NCBI RefSeq assembly: GCF_006345805.1
Contig: NC_043004.1
Span: 23,684,001-23,748,000, forward strand
Source of the DNA: Octopus sinensis
Lineage: Eukaryota
DNA length: 64,000 nucleotides
Direction of reading: 5' to 3'
Part shown: positions 1-10,443 of the stretch, piece after piece
Layout: each line of letters starts with the position of its first letter
Position numbering within the stretch: the first letter of the stretch is position 1
Made by a program: the position numbers and the translations under genes
Notes under the pieces: model-generated
Database searches by the model: none
What the model was told of the DNA's origin: nothing
Seen by the model: the letters and a program-made list of their open reading frames with translations, nothing else

Positions 1-539
1 TAAAAATATAGTGAAACAAAATTGATATTAGAAATTTCAATGCTCTTGAAAAGTATTTTCAATGTTTATACAATATTTCTAAAGGTTCCATTAATATTTT
101 ATTTTAGCAGAAAATATATGCGCAAAATTCATGGTTTGGATGGGTTTCTGTTAATCTAGAATGAATATGAAGCGATGAAAGAACTAGTAGACTATCAAAG
201 TTGGCGATTTACTAAAAACAACTTAGAAAGAATCGGGGTTGGTATAGTGCATGCAATCTCGAACTACCAAACAATGTGAATGATATAGACACAAAGTATA
301 CATAGTTCTGATTCACTGTGGACCGAGAACACAGAAGACCACAGTTAACGCAGACCTTGATTACCGAGCTACAAAACAATAGCATTTACAAGTTAATGTT
401 ACAACTTTAAAGACTTGTTTAGCCTCTGGTGAAACGTGATCCGGCAAACCTATGACAAAAAGCATTCCAGCCATGACACGCCTATCTCCAGTTTTCACAA
501 CGATACAAAACAAGGTTGTATGACTGACACTGCACAAAT

Positions 540-1860
540 CCGCATTTTTCTCACCGTGATGCTGAAGCCCGATTTCGGAAGTTCAGCTGGTGACGTTTAT
601 CTTCGTAGAAGAACAGACAAGAAGCTACACGATATATGTCGACAGAGGGTGTAAAGCAAACTACATAAAGTTGCTTGCAGATATCATGACACTGGCAACA
701 CAATCGGGGAAACATAACAACTTCGCACGTGTCTCGCAAGACTTCAGTTCCACCTGTAGCTTCACTGTAGTATTATGTCAAGGTATTGAGCGTTTCGTAT
801 CGTTAACTTCAACAATTGTGAACTACAGATAGTCCACAAGATCGTACAATTTCAGAACTAAGGACATTCTCTCCCTGATGTTTGAGATCAACCGGTATGC
901 TGGAAGAGCCGTCTCAACACTTGAACGGTCAGGCTGACAAAGTCTTGGAGAAAAGCAAGTTAATACAAACGTCATCTGAGTTTCTAGCGCATATTTTGCC
1001 AGCAGCGTGAGCTGGAGCCTGTTTTACAGAGAAGAATGGCATCTCAGTGCCTACTATTTTGGCAACTAGTGACGCATTCTAGACATCAAGTGGCCTGGCA
1101 TAACAATGAGATCCAATCTCACAGCCAGATAATCACTGCTCCAGTAACGTCTCCGCTGGCTCGGCCACATGTAAAGCATGCTAAACGGCAGGATCTCGAA
1201 AGCCTTGCTGTATATGAAGATGACCGCTATATAAAAAAGATCACAAGGTAACCCTACTTTATTTTCAAAGAAATCGGCAAGAGATGGATGAAGTAACTGG
1301 ACATAAACGTCGAAATGTGGGAATACATTAAGTAAACGTTGAAACTGACAAGGGACTTTAAAAAATTGGATTAACGGAAGAAGAAACTGAGATTTACTGG
1401 TGGAGTAAAGGCGTTCGACGAAACAAAATAGTACTAGGAAAACACTAGCAGAGAACGATTTCAAATTCGGTTGCTACAGCTTTGACCGTTACTCATATGG
1501 GTTATTACACTCATAGCGGACACTGCTTTGTCAACAAAATCTAAAACAAGACTCTCTAGGTAAAGTCCATGACATTAAGTTACTAACATATGCTCCAGTC
1601 TTTGATGTAGACATTCTGGAAAAATCTTTTTCTCTACCCGGGAGCCTACGTCAAATATTTGCTTAAATCATCCTTGTGCCTCATATTAGCACACCATTCA
1701 ACAACATGGATAGTCCCTCCGACGGCCTTCCAAAGATATATCGGCAACCAAATTTCATTCAAAAGGCATAAGTGGGTTCGTGTCTATGACACTTGCCAAA
1801 AATACTGCTTAATGATACCGAACTTGAAATTTTGTAATTGCAAAGCGAACTTCGTAACCA
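540..1860 (-). mobile_element. Decayed hAT (Charlie/Buster, ZBED8-like) transposase fossil
   Basis: Minus-strand frames with stops and frameshifts give FALQL (~1845), a THM..QAVA-like segment (~1490; cf. HCxxHRQALA), HPSLADFFENKVGLPCDLFYIAVIF (ORF 1066-1464) and PSVDIYR...KRHQLN near 600 (dimerisation-domain-like). The motifs fall in the order expected for this family. No TIRs identified. Confidence 0.6.
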
Positions 1861-3150
1861 CAGGATCATACCTGAATTGTGAAAGGAGGTAAGTCATTCA
1901 ATAAATTTCAGTGTAAATTTATTGAAAAATATAATCAAGAAATCGCGGGCAAATTATTTTCATGTCATAATTAAGGAAATCATTAAAATTATTGCAGAGA
2001 ACACACAAAAGAGAAAATAGAATTGGAAAAGGGTCACCGGGAGTGTGAATCTATAGAATGTTGTTGAAAAAAGAAACAGAAATACACAACTGAACATTGC
2101 AGAGAACTTAATGGTTAAATATTTGGTAAGCATATAATGTAATTAGTACGGCTTTTAATCCAATTTTTCCTTTTGACGTTCAGCTTTTCAACTGAAAGCT
2201 ACGCCCGATATTACCAAGTGAATAAAGTAATAGAGTGAATAATGATAGCAGATGTTTATTAAATAGAATATTTAATTTGTTTCTTACATGCAAACAATTA
2301 AGGTTTCTTTCATTGTCGATTCTATTGAGAAATTATAGAAAATTATACGAGAATATGACGGAATAATCGATAAAGAATGATGGCCGAAGAAAAAAAGAGT
2401 GGGAAGTAAAATAGAGTAAGATGTTAAAGAAAGACGATTAGAAAAGAACAAGTGAACAAAGATGAGAGGAGAGAGAGATGGACAAATAAAGAACGGCAGG
2501 GGAATGGAAAAACGAGAAGAGAGAGAAGAGGAAATAAAAGAAGAAATGAAGGAAGGAGATTAAGAAAAAGAATAAACTTATAGAGTATATCTATCAATTT
2601 CACCGAACGCTGTACACATGAGCAGATGTAAATAAACCTAATCTGAATATAAAATATCTTCTTAAACAACAAAATAGAAATCAGCGAGACTACTTTCAAT
2701 CCTGTATTAAGATTTTATCACCGACAGAGTAACTTTTTGTCTGTCCAATAATATATTGTATATAAAGTCAAGGGTTTAAGCATTCCGTATATTCTGTACA
2801 ACAGCATATATTCTGTGATAGAGAATAGCATTATTGCGAAACATTTAACTGCGCTAACAATTTACTGATCGAACTAGCTACCCAAAATGCATTATATATG
2901 CAAAATGATCTATCCAGATTACATAAATTCCATTGTAATATTGGGTTTTTAAGCGATGTCTCCATACACAGTGAAGGAAGATAATCTGTTGTTGATGAAA
3001 TCTCATATCAATTCGAGACTGAAGCTAGTCCGGCTAATCCAACTCTCTCCCGCCATAAATATTTCGTATACCTGAGATCAATGCAGTTTTAGTAAGCACT
3101 GCTTTTAGAGATCAAAATTTACATAAACTCTAAAGAGATATTCTATTAGC

Positions 3151-3668
3151 GCTGGTGTGGCTATGTGGTAAGAAGTGTAGTTCCCAAACCAAACACTTTC
3201 GAGGTTAGTCCCACTGTGTGGCACCTGCCATAAAATCCACCATGTAACATAAGTGTACAAAAATTCTTCTATAGCCGCGGGCCGACCAAAGCCTTGTGAG
3301 TGGATTTAGTAGATGGAAATTAAAAGAAGCCTCACACACGCACACACATACATACACTTACACACACGCATGTGTATGTGCTTGTGTTTGTCCTCCCCAC
3401 CACTAGAAAATCGGTGTTCGTTTGTAAGTATGTGTAGCCTGAATTTTACCTTTTTCTTCAGCCATCAATCTTTATCGATTATCCCATCATATTCTCGTAT
3501 CATTTTCTATAATTTAACCCTAGCGGTTCGCTATAAAAAAACCGATATTAAAAGTACCGTGCTCAAAAGTTAAGTTATGGTGCTGATTCGTTTGACTAAA
3601 GCCCTTCAAGACGGTGTCCCAGAATGGCTGTTGTCCAAAGACTGACACAAGTAAAGAATAAAAGATAG
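3151..3668 (+). mobile_element. tRNA-derived SINE, family A (decayed)
   Basis: Box A/B-like head GGTGTGGCTATGTGGTAAGAAG...AGTCCCACTGTGTGGCACC, body GGCCGACCAAAGCCTTGTGAGTGGATTT, internal (CA)/(TG) tract, tail GACTGACACAAGTAAA. Repeated more than 10 times in the window. Confidence 0.85.
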
Positions 3669-4399
3669 TAGAGTTTAGCATTGAAAACAAGAAATACTTT
3701 TAACGCATCAGTAATTTAATAATGTCAAGTTATATCTGGCATCAAAACAGAAACTTAAGTTTTCCAACATATTAAAAGACATCATTGCAATATTATTACA
3801 GAACATTAACAGTGTATAAACAATTGTTGCTAAACATTTATATGATGGCAAAATGAAGTATTATTTCGTATTGAGACAAATAATTAGTGTATGTGTGTGT
3901 GTGTGTGTGCAAGTACGAATGTGTGAGATTGTAGATGTAACACTATCAAAGACATTATAAGCTCTATGTAACATTTGAAACTCTACTAAAGACGTTATTA
4001 TACCTATGAGCGTGATCAAAGTCATTATGTGTAATAGTATACATACGTGTATCATTATAATTTATATATCATTATAGGTTATGTCATTTCAGTATATGTT
4101 ACTGAAACACGTGTACTAAAGCCAAAATTGTTTTCATCACACACTATATCAATGACAGACATAATTTATTAACATAATCATGAAGCCCAAAATTAGAGAG
4201 GAGAAAAAAGTGAAATATCTAGGAAGGGATAATTTATCGTACTTGAAAGTAACTTATTTTATTGATCCAAAAGGGACGAATAATAAGGTCAACCTCAGCA
4301 GATATTAGAGCTCAGTTGCAACTAAGGGCCGTTTCTACGAGTACATCTAAAACCGACAGACATTTTTACTGGTCATTACGGAATGGCTCAGATTTTGGC

Positions 4400-4600
4400 A
4401 CAGAGCCAACAGTTTTCAAGAAGAGGTAAAGTCGATTACATTGATCCCAGGGCTCAGCTAGTACTTATTCTATTGACCTCCCAAAGGATGAGTGACAGTG
4501 CCGATTCCAGCGGAATTTGAAGCCAAAATGTAAAGAACCAGAAGAAATGCCGCTAAGCATTTTGTCCGATGCGCCAGCAATTCCTCTAGCTCGCTGCCGT
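4400..4600 (-). mobile_element. tRNA-derived SINE, family B (decayed)
   Basis: Reverse complement of the family B consensus seen at 57524-57733 and 60385-60605 (GGCGGCGAGCTGGCAGAA...GAGTTCAAATTCCGCCGAGGTCGAC...GGGGTCGATGTAATCGAC). Confidence 0.75.
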
Positions 4601-4627
4601 AGGACACTAGAGATAACGAAATGTTAA

Positions 4628-6372
4628 CCCTGTAAGGCCTGATGTAAACGGAAGTATACAAAATTAAGACGTCTATTGACTTTGAATAGGTCTCGTAGAG
4701 GCCGTAATTTTAACTAGCTTTATGTAGTCATCAACGTTTAACGCTTACAATTAAATGCATTGTGGGATATTCGTGAGGTTTTTTTCAAGATGGTAACCTC
4801 AACTGGAGTATCTGTAAGGTGAGTTAGAGTCAGCTGAGCAGTCTTTCCTCAAAATATATGTGACTGAAGGCTTACTTTTGCTACTTTTTCTGTTCGACTA
4901 TATTCATATATGTTCATTCTTTCTAATTTATGTCTGTTTCTTGTTTTCTTTGATATCTTAGCATAGATCATCATGATAAGAGGTTTTGTACACCTAGGTG
5001 TACACCAAAAAAAAAAAAAAAAATAGGGATTACACACCATCGATGTTTACATCGTTTGTTTGTGTTTTAGAACGCTTGGTAAGATGTTTCAGAAAATATA
5101 GGGAGCTTGAATGATAATATAGCTTTGTAGAAATGTAGAAATACAAGTTATTTCTAAGTTGGTAGATATTTCGTCAGCAACATGCTCTACCACTTTCAGT
5201 TCTTGTATCAAGTGGAACAAGTTAATAAGATATGGTGTCGTGTTGATATACGAGGTTATATTTACGGTTTTGAAAAGATGCAAAGGGCCACTGGCACGTT
5301 CGGATTCTGTATAAGTTTGGAAAGACTGAGAATGTGCTGCTATGCCTTGTAGAATGTAGAAAAGAATAAGATTTTCTTTGATAATTTATTTGAAAGCCCT
5401 GACGTTATGATTCAGCTAAATCATCAAGGAACCTTTGTTGTTGGCATACTCAAAACTAATAGATCAAGAGGTGCCCTATACCTACAAAATCAACAATTTA
5501 AAAGGAGGGCTCTGGGTCCATCAACGAGTTTGTCGAGAAAGATCATAATCTTGTGACTTGTAGATTGTATGACAGTCGTCGCGTCCTGATAATTCTTTAT
5601 AACTCGGTAATGATCCTGTATCAGAAGTCAACTGCTATGACCGCAAGGATCGAAAGGAACTGAAACTAACCCATCCGGCAAGTGTCGAAATCTGCTACCG
5701 CTACTTGGGTGGAACAGATAAAGCTGATATTCTCCTCTTCCTTTACCAAACGAAGATGCGTATCGGGAAATTGTATCACAGGATTGCTTTTCATATAATC
5801 TCATTAGCAGTTGTCAATACATTTGTCCATTTACCACCAACTCGGAGGTGCTGACTCCTTGGTTTATTTCTGCCCTGATATTTGCAGAAGTTTGCTACAA
5901 TGAGGAATATCAGCAGTGATATTCCGGTCAAGAAAGTACGAGCAATGCCGTTCCAGAGTAAGTTCGTTTCGACAATATTGGTCACTGGCCCATAAAATCC
6001 ACCATTAACAGATGCAAGATGGAGTGTTGTAGTTGCTGGGCGAAAGTTATTTGTTTCAAGTGCTCGTTTATCTCTATGTAACGAAAGATGGAGAGGAGAC
6101 ACTTGTTTCTCGAAATTTCATGGGAATGCATCCCGATTATATATTTCCTTTTAACAATCACGTAACGTTACATTTGCTTTTAGAAAGAAAAGTGTGTTTC
6201 AAATTTGTTCATCTTCTATTCCTCATGTAAACATAAGTGTACAAAAATTAATATCCTGTTTTCATGATTGCAAACCAAACCAGTCCTGATTTTGGGTTAG
6301 CTTTCACCCAAATAACAACCTAAACTAAAAATCAAGAAAAATATTGTCTCTTAGCTCACAGTCATTAAAGGG
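4628..6372 (+). mobile_element. Internally deleted, decayed piggyBac (PGBD-like) transposon with both termini
   Basis: Left end TTAA(4624-4627)CCCTGTAAGGCCTG and right end CAGTCATTAAAGGG-CTAA(6373-6376) are imperfect inverted copies (14/18 including the TSD). Plus-strand relics read KIFFDNLFESPDV..GILKTNRSRG (~5370), YLGGTDKADILLFLYQTKMRIGKLYHRIAFHIISLAVVN (~5700) and a Cys-rich C-terminus VRFDNIGHWP..RCKMECC..CFKC (~5960). Confidence 0.85.
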
Positions 6373-6499
6373 CTAAATTATTGGGCTGTATATTATTAGA
6401 TATTGCAGCTATCCGGATAATAAATATACTGGTAGTGACAGATATTACTGGGTATTAGAAATACTAAATGTAACAGATATCAGCCATTCTTACAAACTG

Positions 6500-7040
6500 A
6501 ACAGTTGTTATCCAGTATCGCAAATCCAGTAAGTTCACCGCCCGAAGAGTGAAGCATGCCAGCTCTCAAGCGTCCTCATCTCCGAAACTACTGCCAGTTG
6601 TTTTGGTCCCTTTTGAAAAGAATCATGCCCATCTGTTTTAATGCATTGCATCTTCCCGTCACATCTTCACAGACCCAAACAAAAGAAAGATCACTCGTCT
6701 GATTGCTATGAACGCACACCAGACACATTCGGCTTCTGGCTTACAAAAGTGTTTCTCTCATCTATGTATATTTTACACCTACTACTGTTGCCCCTGCTCT
6801 TCAATGATCACGTAACCACCCCCACTGAAGTATGCCCAACTCACGCATGTTGAAGGATACCCGATTCACACCATGTTTTCTCGATATATATGTTGTCTTT
6901 AGTAACAGCAAACAGACAAACCAATAGGACGGTACTTCTTCCTAAGAACGCCTCATCATAAAATCCCTGGTGCATATTTTTTGCAGCTGAAGCCGTCGAG
7001 TTGTATTTATTGAAGAGAAACGTTGACAGCATCGATCCCA
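6500..7040 (-). mobile_element. Possible mariner transposase N-terminal relic
   Basis: LFNKYNSTASAAKNMHQGFYDEAFLGRSTV followed by a shifted YWF resembles the mariner N-terminal HTH region (F..G..AA.AA..I...YG..A...RTV..WF). The rest is heavily decayed and no TIR was seen. Confidence 0.35.
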
Positions 7041-7160
7041 CCCGATTACAGTGGGGAAGTAAAGTCCATTAACTTCCCTTTCATCCATACTACTACTAAT
7101 AAAAATAATCAAATGATTACAAATTTAAAGAAATAATTATAAATGAAAGTAAATACTTAC

Positions 7161-7238
7161 ATGTTTAATTTCCATGAGGAGAGGTTTGCTTACAGTTACA
7201 TAGGACTTGTTGATTTTCTTTATTGCCACAATGGAACC
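7161..7238 (-). CDS. Exon of receptor-type guanylate cyclase (NPR/Gyc76C-like), kinase-homology domain subdomain II
   Basis: ttttcacag|GGT TCC...AAA CAT|gtaagt; 78 nt, phase 0-0, GSIVAIKKINKSYVTVSKPLLMEIKH. Aligns with the human NPR1 segment [26 protein letters not shown] and contains the VAIK motif. Confidence 0.9.
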
Positions 7239-8120
7239 CTGTGAAAAGAAAATAATTGACCCAATGAGATTAGTTAGCTGGAACGATTCACCATATTGAT
7301 GTTGACAAGTTGAAGAGAAACACCAATTCATTCATTCGAATACATTCAAAGATGAAGCATAAGCAAATGTATATAAATCTATATATACCATGACAAAGCA
7401 AATAACTGACCCATTACGAGGTCAACAAAGGAACCACAGCTCAGAGTGACTAACGGGCAAACGAGGAAGTCTCTCTGTTATCACTGGATGCGCTTGAAAT
7501 AGAAGACAATACCGCATCAAATCACAGCCCATTGTCTTAAAGCAAGGAACGTCATATGGCATATTGTTGTCTTAGAGATTCTCTGAAACACGGTATGATC
7601 CCATCTGGAATACATTTATTCACAGTCTACTCGGCCAATCATTGTCTTGGTCGAGTTCAATGGGAACAGCAACAACAATATACAAAAAAATTCAGAATAT
7701 CACCGAGAAAACATACTGCTTCAATATTGTTTTCTTCAAGTACTATAAGGCATTGGACGCTGGAATATCTGGGCTGTTTTGCCATTTTATAGCATAAGAT
7801 ATGTTTCAATACAGCGCCATTTATTTCAGAAAACAAATGAGAAGTGAATCTGTTTCTGTGTGTTTTTGGACGGCTAGAATGAATTTTCTACTATGTAATT
7901 GCTCCAGTTACAAAACTCATGATCTCAAAGCAAAATGCGTGCAAGACAAATACAACATAGAAGTCTGATTAGTTTAGAGAAAAAAAAATGTAAGAAAACA
8001 GTTAAAAACTTATAGAACTTCAATAACAATATGAGTAATGCAGCCTTCTGATAGATATAAAAAAAATTTCATAAACAAGAGACACCGAAATATTGTTGCA
8101 ATTATAGTGTTTCCATAAAT

Positions 8121-8179
8121 AATGATAATGATACTACTACTGCTACTACTACTATTACTACAACAACAACAACAACAAG

Positions 8180-8220
<41 letters not shown>

Positions 8221-8269
8221 GAACAACAACAACAACAACAACAACAACACAACAACAACAACAACAACA

Positions 8270-8309
<40 letters not shown>

Positions 8310-8339
8310 ATAATAATAATAGTAATAATAATAATAATA

Positions 8340-8370
<31 letters not shown>

Positions 8371-8371
8371 T
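8121..8371. repeat. Compound trinucleotide microsatellite (ACT)-(CAA)n-(CTA)n-(TAA)n
   Basis: Direct reading. It explains the poly-Q/N/Y/C/V pseudo-ORFs in the track. Confidence 0.95.
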
Positions 8372-8920
8372 GATGCAGTACCAGGCAGTGGCTCTCATGG
8401 CTTCTGATCTTAACTGATTGGAAGCGTTATCATGTACATTGTTTTGTCTTGGTATAAAAGATGGGCTACAGCAAATATTCTGCTCAATACCACAGATTTG
8501 CTTGTCAGTTGTTTGACCTTAACCAGTTGAGCATGTCCCTTAGTGGCTGACGATATGTGCATCTCTGATCACGAGCTGAAGTAGTGGGGGAGCATCATAG
8601 CCATGTGTTGAGAGGGATTCTTTGGGGTTTGAATAGTTCACCTCTGGAAACATGGGTGGTTCTTTCAACATCCTTAAACAACCCTTATTCAGGGACCGTT
8701 TGAGCAGGATGGGCTACTCAAAATGAAGAAAATTCTAACTGGGCCCCACCTGCAAGGTCATGTGCTGTTTATCTTGATATGAGATCACCATGTCGCGCAC
8801 ATATGGTTGTGATGCATGTGCCTGGTGTACCTTTATCAGACGGGTAGTCATGATGGGTATATTGGGCTTCGTATATTTTACCCCAGTGTCACTTTGATGG
8901 CATGAACTGCTCTCTCACTC
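8372..8920 (+). mobile_element. Non-coding 3' segment of a TAA-targeted retroelement family
   Basis: About 550 bp bounded on both sides by (TAA)n and ending ...CTGCTCTCTCACTC-AATAATAAT. Its last ~220 bp recur at 9596-9815 fused to an R4/Dong-like RT fragment. Confidence 0.7.
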
Positions 8921-8984
8921 AATAATAATAATAATAATAATAATAATATAATAATAATAATGATAATAATATTAATAATGCTCA

Positions 8985-9815
8985 GTACTTAATATGAAAA
9001 GAAGGAAGAAAGCATCCTGCAGAGGATTGCGGTTACCATTAGGAGAGACCATGGATGAACACAACGGTAGTTGGTATAGATATTTAGGAATTTTGGAGCT
9101 GGATGACATTCTACACAGAGAAATGAAAGTCAAGGTCAGCGAGGCGTATCAAAAAAAGGTGGGTGAAGATGATGTTGAAATCCAACCTGAATGCCAAAAC
9201 TTTGATTACAGCAATGAATATCTGGGCAGTTGCGGTGGTCAGATATAGTGCGTCCATCCTCAAATGGACTAAGGAGGAAATATCAACACTGGATAGAAGG
9301 ACGACAAAGTTGATGACGCTGCATGGGGCGCTACACCCTAAAGTAAACGTAAACATACTGTATATGAGTAGAAAGAATAGTGGCGGAGGACTAATTAGTG
9401 TAGACCATTGTACAAGGAGTGAAAAGAGAACGATTGCGGGGATTTGATAAATAGTGATGAAGACCTGCTGCAATATACCGCGAAAGATATGGGTGTAAAT
9501 GCAGATGAAATGATGAGAAAGGGAGAGTTTAACCAAAGAGCTGAGGAGAAGAGAAAAGAAGATCTTCTTGAAATGAGAATGCATGGAAAGTTTGAAAGGA
9601 CCGTTTGAGCGGGATGGGCTACTTGACCCGAGGAAAATTCTAACTGGGCCCCACCTGAAATATTAATCTTGATATTAAATCCCCATATTACACAATTATG
9701 GTTGTGATGCATGTTCCTGGTGTGCCCTTAGCGGACGGGTAGTCATGATGGGAATAATGGACTTCGTATATTTTACTCCAGTGTCACTTTGATCGTTTGC
9801 ACTGCTCTCTCACTC
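8985..9815 (+). mobile_element. Decayed R4/Dong-like non-LTR retrotransposon fragment fused to a 3' UTR
   Basis: YRYLGILELDDILHREMK, NAKTLITAMNIWAVAVVRYSASILKWTKEEISTLDRRT..LHPKVNVNILYMSRKNSGGGL and MRMHGKFE are homologous to the 742-aa ORF at 10538-12766. The sequence then jumps to the UTR shared with 8690-8920. Confidence 0.8.
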
Positions 9816-10140
<325 letters not shown>

Positions 10141-10320
10141 TTTTTCTGCTAAAGGCACAAGACCTGAAATTTTGAGAGAGAGGACTAGTCGATTAAATCG
10201 ACCCTAGTGCTCAACTGTACTTATTTTATTGACCTCGAGAGGAAATTCAGAACATAAGAACGGACAAAATGCTGCTAAGCGGTTGCCCAGCATGCTGACG
10301 ATTCTGCCAGCTCACCGCGT
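10141..10320 (-). mobile_element. SINE family B inside an (AAT)n tract
   Basis: GGCACAAGACCTGAAATTT...GTCGATTAAATCGACCCTAGTG...CTGCCAGCTCACCGC matches the reverse complement of family B. Confidence 0.8.
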
Positions 10321-10372
<52 letters not shown>

Positions 10373-10411
10373 TAATAATAATAATACTATTAATAATAAT
10401 AATAATAGTAG

Positions 10412-10440
<29 letters not shown>

Positions 10441-10443
<3 letters not shown>

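Noticed and set aside
8010-8398. Poly-Q/C/V/I ORFs in the track
   Set aside because: They are translations of trinucleotide microsatellites, with no splice or homology support.
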